The notes beneath the pieces were generated by a model that saw only the letters and a program-made list of their open reading frames with translations, searched no databases and was not told where the DNA came from. From NCBI RefSeq assembly GCF_036321535.1, contig NC_087437.1, positions 25,918,001 through 25,982,000 on the forward strand: 64,000 bases of DNA, in the 5' to 3' direction. Position numbers and translations under genes: made by a program. The stretch comes from Camelus dromedarius (lineage: Eukaryota). This document shows, piece after piece, positions 16,092 through 28,350 of the stretch; position 1 is the first letter of the stretch; the number at the start of each line of letters is the position of its first letter.

Positions 16092-16277
16092 ATGAAGTTG
16101 GTATGTGGCTTCATCCTGGAACCTCGGCTCCTGATTCAGCAGAGGAAGGGACAGATTGTTCCAACTGAGTTTGCAGTTCACTTGAAGGAGACACAGCCTG
16201 GGTTGCTAGTGGCTTCAGTCCTAGGCTTACAGAAGAACAACAAAATTGGAATTGAAGAAGCAGATTCCTTCTTTAAG
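16092..16277 (+). CDS. HPS3: HPS3 exon 12
   Basis: gaag|ATGAAG...TTTAAG|gtgtgt; 186 nt; [26 protein letters not shown]...EEADSFFK. Confidence 0.93.
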
Positions 16278-16349
16278 GTGTGTTGCTTTGAAAAGGTAAT
16301 TGTTCTGGATGGTCTGGTGAAGTTGGTGTGGGGTGGGGAACAGAATAAG

Positions 16350-16815
<466 letters not shown>

Positions 16816-17755
16816 TAATGGAATAGTGCAGTGAATTCAACTTTATGTATATTACCCATTATGATAATGACCCTTCTTATTTTTAATGGTATAAAATCAA
16901 ACATAATTCTTATTACCAGATTTTTTTAAAGCAGGAGTTAAAAACACACTTAAAACTTGTGTGTGAGTGAAGTTGTCCACATTTTGAATGCTGTATTCTA
17001 AAGAGCGCCCCCCACTGCTCTGTCTTACTCACTTGCAGTGGTGCCTCAGCAGCCCTTTGCGGGGGAAGGGGCTTTTCCCCAGGCCCGTCTGTGCTCCATC
17101 AGGAGAGGGCCATGAAGTGGAACACAAGAGAAGAGGGAGCTGCAGACCTCCCTGAGGGGAGAGGGGCTGCAGAAGGCCTGTGGGAGAGACTCTTCCTTCC
17201 TAGACTCCCCCTTCCTTCGGCTGCACACACAAGAGCTGTTCTGCAGTCCCCACTGCCCTCTCAGTTCTGTTCTTACCCTTCCTGCTCCCGCAGTCCCAGC
17301 TGCCCCTTCACCCGTCATGGATGCCATGGCTAATGTGGGTTTTCTTGAATAAGGGAGTCTTTATGGGAATTGTCTTGAGAACTTAATGGAAGAGATTTTG
17401 CCTCCGAAGGAGAGTGGTAGAAATAAAAATTATTTTCAGTATTACTGTTAGCTTTCTTTGAGTATAATTAGCTTAAAGGCCATAATACCCTTTTTGCTAG
17501 AAAGTGCCTCTTCGAAATCGTCTTAAAGGTAAAACATTAGGAGATATCCGGTACAGATTTATTCAGTGCGAAGCAGCAAGGCTGAAACTTTTTCCAGGGG
17601 AATATATTCTAAGGCTTTCTTCCCACTCTGAGGAAAACGTATACCTAATTTTGCAACATGGCAGAAGGTTAGGGATTGCTTGCTGTTTGTGGGATAGATG
17701 AAGAAAATCTTGTTTTGCTGTATTTTACTTACGATAAGTTTCTTTTATATTTTAG

Positions 17756-17863
17756 ATAAACAGTTGCAGTCATTATGGCTTAATCTCTCCATGGGTTAAT
17801 GTCTTAATATCATCTGATTCCTTAGCTGATAAAAATTGTATGGAAGAGCTTTCAAAATTACAG
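17756..17863 (+). CDS. HPS3: HPS3 exon 14
   Basis: tttag|ATAAAC...TTACAG|gtaaat; 108 nt; [36 protein letters not shown]. Confidence 0.92.
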
Positions 17864-20328
17864 GTAAATAAAAATGCCCCTTTGAAAAAAAATGACTATG
17901 CATATTACAATATAGTATAAGATTTAAATTTGGTAAGACCCCTGGTGTCCTGTTAACTAGAGTATATAATTTTGGGGACGAAATCTACTGTTAGACCTCC
18001 TCAGGAGCTCTTGTGGGAATTCCTGTCTCTGCCCGAAACTGCAGACGGGAAGGCTGGGGTTGCTGCCGGTGGATGAGTGAGCTTCACCAAGTCCTGTGAC
18101 CTTCTAGCCTCATTTTCAGGATGTACTTGAAATCACTTTGGGAAACTGAAAGTATGGCAAATGTGCTGTGTTTTCACTGATGTCAGTCACTTTTATTTTA
18201 GTGTTCACTCACATAGTCTAGTCCTCTAGCCTAAGGCAGGCACTACTCTCTGTCTTATAGGAAGTAAATCAAAGTAGCCAGCTTTATAAGCTCCTGAAAG
18301 GCTTGTTTTAAAAATAACAAATACGATCAAGAGAATGTAGACCATCCGGCAAGAATTCTGACTCTGACAGTGTTTTGACTGGCAATGAGAAATAAAGTCC
18401 ACATTTGACTTGGTGAATCGGACCAGGCTAGATGTGTATGTGATTTATTTAATGTAGTCAGTGGCCCAAGGACAGAATATAATCCTCCTATCTGTTTTGT
18501 TTGGTCTGCCTAGTGTAGCTCAACAGTAGCTGCCAAATTGAGATTTCAAATCAAGAATTTTGAGTTTCAAGTTTGTTTTGAAAAATTCAGCAGAACTTCC
18601 ATTCAGCGGTAACCCTGGTCCCTGAGACCGCGGGTTGGAGCTGCCTGGGGGCTGCCCTCCTTGGACCGTGCTGGCGCCGTCCGGTCTGCCAGTCTCATCT
18701 CCATGTCTCCCGGTCCACGTGCTGAGTGTCTGGCATCCATGTTCCTTACACCCAGCTGCCGTGGTGCATTTTCATCATCTGTGTGACCTCATTAGGCTTT
18801 TGAGTTTGCAACCCCAATTTACACTGGGAACTGGTGTCAGTGTGATTTTTGCTTATAGAAACAAAATTGTCAAATTGGGGATGGAGGTCAGGACAGGAAG
18901 CTCAAGAGACCACATTGTGTAGTCTTAGCCTCTAGACAGCCTGCGATGTCTTCAGAAATAGTGTTGCTTACATTTGAAAAAAATTGCCAGAGAGGATTCT
19001 TGGTTCCTAGCTCTAGTACCCTAAAAGGGTACTACAATACAGAGGCTGCTGAGGGCTTAGTCTCAGACTCGTTCATTCCCCAAATATTCTTTGATCATGT
19101 GCCGTAACTGTCATTGATGTACAGCACTGGACGAGGCAGACGGGACTTGCCCTCCTACAACATATATACTAATTACAGATTTTAAATTATAATTGTAGTA
19201 AGTGGTATTAAATCTCACCTGATAAAGCTTCAAAGCCTGTTTATAATCTCTGCTTTAAAAGTGTAATTCAGTGATCTTTTAAAATCCATTTGAAAGTTTA
19301 GAAAGGGTATCTTCTTTCTGGGAATCTTTGCTGTTAAAGGATAGAAAGTTTAGTCAGCCTAAACTTTTCTAAATCCTTTTCCTAATTACAACTCTTTCTA
19401 AATTATCTGAGTCAACTAGTCCTGGTCATTAAGAATAAAAATAACCATCAAGAAACAAAAAGATCTCATCTGTTCTCCCCTAGAGGAATGAGGAGCTTCA
19501 GAATCACCTAGAAAGCTTTTCCACAATTGTATGACTCGCCTCTACCCACCGGCTCACCACCACCAAGCAGATTTGATGTAAATCTCAGTCTCTTGTCCTC
19601 AATCACTCTAATAGTATAGTTGTCAAAAATTAAAACAATCTGTAAATCATCTACATTTCCAAAAGCCGCTATTTTAGAATGATGCAGTAACTAGTAAACG
19701 CCTTGCCTTTCATCAGAATTTTCCTGGTTCCCTCCCCACCTTCTTGCCAGCCACCTCTCTTAGAGCCACAGGTGTGATTGTGTAGGTGGAGAAGACAGAA
19801 TTCTATGGATTCCAGCCCCACGGAGTCAGCTGAGGGTGAGGGATCTAGATCAGAAATGGGAATAAATAGTGAATGTCTTGGGGGTGGAGAGTTCATTTTC
19901 AATATTAAAAAAAAAAAATGGAGCACTCTGCTTGGAAGCAGACAACAATGAGAGTGTTTTAAATAGTAGCAGTAATACTTGGACCATTTTTTATCCAGTG
20001 ACATGTGTTGTCCAGTGTTTCTAATTTTTAAACTTCTTGGTGATACGGATACAACCACTTAAAAGTTCATGGGTAGTCCATTTTGTACCAAGCTTTGACT
20101 GGTTTCATTTTAACCGCAGTTTGGGTTACCCATGCCTTGTTTCTTTCCTACCCCATCACTATCCTGATACATCAAGAGTTGAATATAGAAATAATCTGTG
20201 TTTTCTTTCATTTGGGGGGAGGCTGTGAGTGGTAGATTATCACCTTATTTCATATTTGCTACCTTATTGTCAGGAAATTATTCAGACAAAGGTGATTATT
20301 AAACTTTCAGGAAGGAAAAGGACCAACC

Positions 20329-20432
20329 TTATTCTCCGAGCCATTCCTTGGTAGATATGTGCAATAAAATAATGACGCTGACTGTAAATAGATAGTTCAT
20401 GTTCCATATCCTCCTGTGAGTCTGAGAAGATG
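20329..20432 (-). CDS. CP: Ceruloplasmin alternative exon (exon 20) encoding a GPI-anchor signal, nested antisense in HPS3 intron 14
   Basis: Strong acceptor cctgattttcttcttcctgtatcctttttgctacag|, phase 1; (A)SSQTHRRIWNMNYLFTVSVIILLHISTKEWLGE*; resembles the 30-aa GPI-CP tail ASSQ...ISTKE as recalled. Confidence 0.88.
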
Positions 20433-21439
20433 CTGTAGCAAAAAGGATACAGGAAGAAGAAAATCAGGCTATGACCATCTCATCTTTATCCAGAAGAACG
20501 GGAAAGCAGAGATTATTTTGGTGGCAGTATCAAAAGTAGTATTTATAGTTTAAATGCTTAAAAGTAAAATATTGGTTAAGTTGTAAGAACTAAAATAATA
20601 CTTGCTTGATGTCATTCAGCTTGTGGCGAATGGTATTGATAGAGATGATTAGGTTCTTAATGATTGCTTTAGTTTTCTTAAATGTTAAATTTTATTTTTA
20701 GTTCTATATGTAGTGAATGCTTATTATAGAAACCTTGGAAAATACAGGGAAGTGTGAAAAAGAAAATAAAAAATGGGCTTTGTCCTCCCAGCCAACAAGC
20801 TGGTCTCTGTGTCAAATCTTGATGCTCTTCCAAAGGCATTTCTAGATGTGCGTGGACCTTATGTAGGTTTTGCAAAACTGATCATGCTCTGAATATAATT
20901 TTGTACTGAGATTTTTCACTAATTTTATCATGAGCATTTTGTCATTAGCTAGCCTTTGAAAACAATTTTGAGAACTATAAAATATTCCATTATTTGAATA
21001 TACTCATAATTTATTTACTCATTTACTTCTTGTTTAACATTCAGGTTTCTTCTAGTTTTTCAATATTATAAATATTCTTGAGGTGAACATCACTGGACAT
21101 AAGTCTTGACCACCATGTGGATTAGTTTCTTAGGGTAGAGGCTTAAAGCATTCCCATGAGTGTTAATTTGCAGTCTAGCCAAAGCAAATAAAATCGTGCT
21201 ATTTTAAAAATGCTTTCCATTAAGCAGATTTTTATTCTTTAAACTGGAAGTGGTTTCAGGATGATTTAATTCTTCGGTCTACTTAGACTTAGTAAATACC
21301 ATATAGCATGTGCTCTAAAATTGCATTCTTCTTTTGTTGGCAAGTGAGGTTTAGTCTTTTTTAAAAAACTGTATTCTGTATGTTGTGCATTAGTTTTTCG
21401 GGTACCTCATTCCATAACATTTCACTTTTCTGTTCATAG

Positions 21440-21670
<231 letters not shown>

Positions 21671-22267
21671 TAGGCTTTATCAATGATAATCAGATGATAA
21701 TCTTGTTGCCTTCTCTGCGAAATGTGGACAGATTGTGCCAGTCCAACCTTGTGGGGCTGTATGGGTCAGAAGAACATGTATGTTTAACGTGTTATGTATT
21801 TTGAGTACTATTAGAGAATATTAAAATGTATGGTGCTGGTATGTTATCGTCATCAAAAATCTCTTGTTTGGCGATAAAGTAGGCTACTACTTGAAAATTT
21901 GGGAAATATAATGCATGCTGGGAAAATTCTTTTAGGGCTGTCTGGTCTTTAGAAATTAGAAGAGTTTTTGACTTTAGTACTTTTTCTTTTGTTCCTTCCT
22001 TCTTTCTTGCCACCTAAGAGTTGATAACAGGACATGTCTGTGTTTATTCTTGAAAATAGCCATGTATGTATGTACAATACACATCTGGTTACAAATCTGA
22101 ATTCTATGTTATAGTTTAAGCAGATGACTGTTCTAACAAAGTCTGATGCCCTTAACCAAGATGATGTGTTTTGCCCTGCGCTTCCCTGCACAACCTTCTT
22201 GTTCTCGTTGGCAATCTGAATATAAAATGCATCGAACTTAAAAAGTATTCATTTTTCCCTAAGATAG

Positions 22268-22358
22268 ACTTTGTGGTGGAAAAAACTGCTACCTGAACTT
22301 TGTCAAAGAATAAAATGTGGTGGAGAGAAATATCAACTTTACCTGTCATCACTAAAAG
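22268..22358 (+). CDS. HPS3: HPS3 exon 16
   Basis: atag|ACTTTG...TAAAAG|gtaaaa; 91 nt; [30 protein letters not shown]. Confidence 0.9.
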
Positions 22359-23987
22359 GTAAAATAATCTTTTTGGCTTGATTATTAAGTTTAACTGAGG
22401 GTCTAAGTTTTAGTTTCCTTAATCTGCTGAAGCCTTGCTTTCTCTAGTTTTTCATGTGATTCTCAAGTGTAGGGAAGATGGTCTTAGCAGAACCATCTGG
22501 AGAACTTATTTTCAGCATTCATATGTTCCCCTCTACCACACTTGGTATTCATTTATCTCTTTTAGCTCCAGAGCTGATGCTTTTAAGTTAATGTTTTCTA
22601 CCAACAAATTATCACCATCAGAGAAACTTACAACCTCAGCATTTAACAAATCTGAATAGCCATTAGGATGAGTACATTTTTTATTAATGGTCTGGGTGCT
22701 TAATTTATTTCATGTAGGAAATTAAGTTACTATGATTATTAATCATAATTATAAACAAGTACTGAGGACTGACAAATTTCTCAAAGATTTCAAAGTTCAG
22801 TGTCTCTAAATTATGCAGTATTTTACAGCATAGGTAGTTGTTTGAATTTTTATAATTCATAGTCATTTATAAATCTGGGTAGATATATGGGAATCAGTTT
22901 CTCTACTTTTGTGTGTTAATATCACTAGTTAATGGTTGGCCTGATGACAAAGGCATGGTTATATTGATATCAGTGTACATAAAATGTTAGAAGTGAATAG
23001 TGTTGGAACTGTATTTTCCAGCTGAGGTAATTGACTTTTAAAGTGGTAGGCACTGAGCAGCGTTTTTCTGGAGATCTCCCTTTAAGTAAAGTTGTATATT
23101 TATGATTGGAGTGACAAGGAGGGGACTTTATACTAACTTTTTGTCCTACCCCTCTCCCTGCGTGATTTTTTGGTCTTCAGAAGGTGGAGGTGTCATGTGT
23201 TTGATTGTCCAGCTCAAATTTATCTCATAATTTTGAACTTATGGTGGGTCACTTTCCAACGCAGATATCCCACGTCTTCACCCAGCCACGTCACTCTCTT
23301 AGTCAAAAGACTCTCTTCATCCTTTTCTGATCCACATCCGCAAACTCTCTACGCATAACTTACCCATAATCATTCCTCCAAATGTTCCATTTTTCTATAT
23401 CTTTACAATATCTGTGTGCGCACACCTGTGCATGTGTATATTGTGTGTACACACATTCGTGCACATATATATGTGTGTATATGCACACACGTGTATGTGT
23501 GTATATATGTGTCTGGCTCATGGGACTAGGTGCTGTGTGTGATTTACCTTTATTGAACTGTAATACCTCCAAAGCTGGCATAGTGTGTTACTCATTTTTC
23601 ATGTTGCACTGTCCTTGCCAGCAACATGCTCTCCATAGGAAATATTCTATAACTATTTACTGATTTGAAGAGGAGACACCTGAAAAACCTTAGATTCATT
23701 TTCAAGGGGGGGGGGGTCTCTCTCTGTTGGCAGCTGTGGTATACAGAGAAGAGACCAGGACTGGAGCTAGGAGAATTGAAACTGAATTCCAAGTCTACTC
23801 CTTAGTCAGTAACCAGAAGCAAGCTGATTTTTTAATTGCCTGGGACTGATGAGAAGTTCGGGGTTGACTCTAGAGTAAAAGTAGGCAAATTTTAAAATTT
23901 ACTCTAGGTAAAGTTAGGCAGAATTGCAAGATGAAGGTCGGGGCGTATATAATATGTGTAGGAGCTTGGATTTCTTACTCTCTAGTG

Positions 23988-24181
23988 CAGCATTTCTCAA
24001 CCATGTCACGACTAACGTCTCGGACCAGATATTTGTGTCCCCTGTGCATTTTAGGATGTTACCAGCATCCCTGACCTCCACCCACTAAATACCAGTAGCA
24101 CTTGCACAGTTAAAACAAAAATGTCTCCAGATATTACCAGATGTCCCCTGGAGGCAAAATTGTACTAGCTGAGAACCGTTG
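23988..24181 (-). mobile_element. MER20 hAT DNA transposon
   Basis: aaaatgtctccagatattaccagatgtcccctggaggcaaaattg...gagaacc matches the MER20 consensus as recalled. Confidence 0.75.
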
Positions 24182-25700
24182 CACTAATGCAGAGCCGTTG
24201 AAACTGGGGTTAGTGGTTGGCTTGTTAGTTTAAAGGAAATAGTTATTACTGTTTTTGTGATAATGAACTGTGCTTATTAGTAAAAATTCTAGTACTGTAG
24301 TAAATTAGAAACCTAAAGTTTAAAAAGTCATTTACAGTCCCATTAGCCAGAAATAACTATTTTTTAACATTTGACAGATATTTTCTGTACAGACTGGAGG
24401 ATTTAAAGTACTCTGCAGATTTAAGATGTTGACGTTGTTCTTGGAGTAATAACCTGTTTTAGCCCCTCATGAGATGGCAGAAGAGAACAGAGCAGTGGCA
24501 AGATTTTTGTTGGTTCTATAACTGCTTTACACTCACTCAGTTTTTTGTATCTAGGATACTACTTAACAGGTTCCACGTTTAGGCCAAGTAAACTAGTTTG
24601 CTAGGAAAGCATTGATAATTCATGGGCTTTGCAAATTAATTAGTAGTTGTTATTTATTAAAAGATTCTATTTTTTGTCAGATATGTCTCGTATTTTAATT
24701 TAATTCTCAAAGGACTCTGGAAGCTAACAGGTGGTACCCCTACATTAGAGATGAGGAAACTAGGACTCAGGAGGTTAAGTGATTTTCTTAAAGTCACCCA
24801 GAGCGCAGGTAGACGAGTGTGATCGCTGCCCAAATATGACTGCAGAGATGGGGGTCTTTCCCATTCCTCACTGTTGCACCACTCAGTAACTTTGTAGGAA
24901 CAAGAGCATGTTATTCCTTTGTGTAATGGATGATGTAGGTTGCTGAATACTGGACAGATAACTTTGGATGAAGGTACACACACCTGAGCAGGAGATTTGA
25001 TATTTGGGTCACTCTGCAAATAGAGTAAGTGGTGGGCATGCGAGGATCACACAGGAGATTGGCACCAAAGAATGTTTACTGACAACATTGTTCTTAAGTG
25101 TCACCCCTTCTCTTCCCAGCAGAGGGCAGCATGTATGTATCAAGAAGCAATAGAATAAAAATTACATAGTTATCTTTACAAAAATGTTTACTGAATTTCT
25201 TAATATTTAAAATGTTCATTAGAACACATTACTTTGCAGTTTGAAAAAAAGTAAATGGTTTTGAAAACAGATTTGTGCTTATTAATAACATGAAAATCTT
25301 ATAACAGAGAGGAACTGATTGAGGAGAATGTCATCCAACAATTAATAGTATTTCCTATCCTAGCGAAGTCTTTATAAATTAGCTGCAAGTATACTCCTAA
25401 CAGTAAAAACAGTAGTCAATTGATTGTTTTTCTTTAGAGGGTAATAGGAATCTATTGATAAATAATGTAATAAATACTCCAGCAAAGAAATCGTAAGTAA
25501 AAATTGCATGGGGCTAGTATAAAATAAACTTCAACGGATTCTAGAAAGAAAAAATAAGTTGTTAGGACTATAAAGCAGTCTGTGGATTTAAGACACTGTT
25601 TTTTTTCTCCCTTTCTCTTATAACATTTTGTCACCTGAATCAGCCTCTAATTGGTTGAGTGATTAAGAGAATCAGATGAAAGACAGAAAATCAGTTCTAA

Positions 25701-25853
<153 letters not shown>

Positions 25854-26523
25854 AGGTATCATTTGAAAAATACCACAATGGCTTATGAGACTGAATTTTT
25901 GAAAATTGAATGCTAGATAAAAAACACAAATCAAGCATTTTTATATTGAATATGGACATATATGGCAAGTGCTTTCAGGCTGCATACCATAGTGGTATTA
26001 TTAGCTTCATAATTTATGACCTGAATCCATTTCATTGTCCAGAATGTAAAAAAGCTACAAGACATAAGAATTTCCTCAAAGAAGGCGTGTATTTTTAAAG
26101 GTAGAGACTGACTTTTATACCAGGGAACATCAATTCACTGTTGCTGGAGACACGACAATCTTTATCATCCCGGGGACACAAACATTTTGTAAGTATGCTC
26201 GAAAGAATGTCACTCCAAGTGGCCTAGAATTTAACTGTCTTGATTTTTTCCAGATTTCTCGGGTCACTTTTTTAAAAACTAATATTCTTTGAGAAAGATG
26301 TTAATGTGTCCCCACAGTAGAAGATTTCAAACTTTATTTTCATGTTACTTTTAAAGGTAACTGCTGTGTTACTCTCTGTATCAAATGAGATAGACGTTTA
26401 CAAAGCTAACTTTCTTCTTGTCTGGCTATTAACGTGATTTGTTGAATGCATGTTTTTCAGCCAAAGCCCTGTTGCCATTTTTTGTTGATGTGTACTCTTG
26501 CTCTTAGCTAGAGTTTATGTGAA

Positions 26524-26572
26524 AATAAAGAAGTATAAAGAACTATGTTTTCTTTTTTAGCCTCTTATTAAA
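26524..26572 (+). terminator. Candidate HPS3 polyadenylation signals (AATAAA 26524-26529, ATTAAA 26567-26572)
   Basis: Hexamers about 670-720 nt after the HPS3 stop, with T-rich sequence following the first. Confidence 0.5.
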
Positions 26573-26813
26573 CGATTTTGAGTCCAAGTTCAGCTCACTG
26601 ATGGTGTGCTTAGACTTTGGTTAAGGCTGGGCAAAAATGCTACTCACCTGGTGTTTTCACAACCATATTTTGAAAACTTATCTCCTAATGGCAACTCTCA
26701 TCTTTACCAGGATTTAATTTATAGATTTGTTTCGTAACTCTGCCTCTCTCCAGTTTCAGATTAACATCCTTTTGACCATGTCTTCAAGGGTTCACAAAAC
26801 TCAGATTGACATC

Positions 26814-26868
26814 ATTTTATTTTATTTTATTTTATTTTATTTTATTTTATTTTATTTTATTTTATTTT
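26814..26868. repeat. (ATTTT)11 pentanucleotide microsatellite
   Basis: Perfect tandem repeat read directly. Confidence 0.95.
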
Positions 26869-27304
26869 TCATTTAAAGATTTTTTCAATTTAAACTTTTA
26901 TTTTTGAAATTTTATTATTAATATTTTATCTTATTTTAGTGCTATTTTTTATTTTACTTCCTCTACACCTGTGCCCCCAGGTCCATTGGTTCTTTAGGAA
27001 TAATGTCAGCAGCATGTTAGAGGGACTGACGGGAAGTCAAAGTTGGGAAACACTTCATTGAATCTCAGTAGTGATCCTTTGAGGACTGTCCAGGGCAACA
27101 TCTGGTCATAGATTTTTTTCTTAAATACAGTTTTGTAAGGCCATAACAGTGGTGATATGAACGGCCTATGCTGATCAATTGTATTACCAAGTGTACTAGA
27201 GTCAGTCATGTGCCACAATACAGCCTGTTGATCCTTTCATATGAAACAGTATAACACAGTTTTCCCCACAAATGCACAAAAGTGTATATTTCAGTCTTTT
27301 TTTT

Positions 27305-27334
27305 AATGCTTATCACCATTCCAAAGTAAGCATT
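27305..27334 (-). promoter_or_regulatory. GAIT-element homologue in the CP 3'UTR
   Basis: AAUGCUUACUUUGGAAUGGUGAUAAGCAUU at 3'UTR nt 77-106; shares the UUACUUUGGAAUG core and AAUG/CAUU ends with the human element as recalled. Confidence 0.75.
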
Positions 27335-27410
27335 CTGTTAAACACTTTCACATATATTGTTATGAATCATTGTTTTTTCTTTTTTTTCACTTATCACCAA
27401 TTTATTTCTT

Positions 27411-27427
27411 TCAGCCAGACTTGGTCT
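27411..27427 (-). CDS. CP: Ceruloplasmin exon 19, secreted-isoform C-terminus (E)TKSG*
   Basis: ttcttttctatag|AG ACC AAG TCT GGC TGA; phase 1 matches the exon 18 donor; xTKSG is the known plasma CP C-terminus. Confidence 0.92.
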
Positions 27428-27639
27428 CTATAGAAAAGAAATTTTAAGACCATTATTAAAAATAGTATATATCGTATGGTTAAAAACATTGGTACATGAT
27501 GCTTAGATTAGAAATGTATTCTAATTTTTTGCAGTTATTTTGTTTATTCTTGGTTCATTTATATTCTGCTCTTTATATGTTAAAAGACATCTCTCATTCT
27601 AGTACTGATTTACTTAAAGAAAAATTAACTTTGCTCCCC

Positions 27640-28350
27640 ACAAGATCCTTATGAATTATAAGGGGAAAAATAGTAACTTCACAGTGGAAAAACCTGGCAG
27701 ACACCTCCTTAACCAGGTGCTCAAAATGAACATGACCAGGAAGGGAACAAATCAACATCTTGTGCCTCTTGACAGGTATGCTGAGAAAAACACAACATCC
27801 CTTCTGTGAGAATCTCGCCCAGAAATGCATAACCTAAATCTGATCGTGAGGAAACCCAGTTTGGGTCTGTTTGATCATTAGACAAAGCCAAATTGTAGGA
27901 CATTCTGCAAAGTGACTGCCAACTGCCCTATATTCTTTAAAAACGTCGAAGTTGTAAAAGACAAAGACCAAGGAACTGCTCCAGACTAAGGAGACTTAAG
28001 AAGACATGCCAGCTGAACACAGTATATGAGCTGGATTTTCTATTTTTATAAAGAACATGATTAGAATAGTTGGTGAAATGTGAACAGGATCTGTGGTATT
28101 GAATCATTTTTAATTTCCTAATTTTGATATATTATGTTTATTATAAGAATATTCTTGTTTTTAGGAAATATGAGTATACATATATTTATAACACCTGTAG
28201 TCTGTGTGTGTAGAGAGAGAGGGAGATAGAAAAGATGAGAAAGCAAATGATGCTGTGCAGAATGTTCACATTTGAGGAATCTGGGTAAAAGGTATACAGG
28301 AATTTTTTTGTACTGATCTTGCAACTTTTCAATGAGTCTGACGTTGTATC
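27640..28350 (+). mobile_element. L1MC-like 3' fragment in CP intron 18
   Basis: aaaaatagtaacttcacagtggaaaaacctggcagacacctccttaaccagg and downstream L1MC 3'UTR motifs; boundaries approximate. Confidence 0.6.

Noticed and set aside
23988..24181. MER20 as a functional hormone-responsive enhancer
   Set aside because: Some MER20 copies have that role, but nothing in this copy distinguishes it from a neutral relic.
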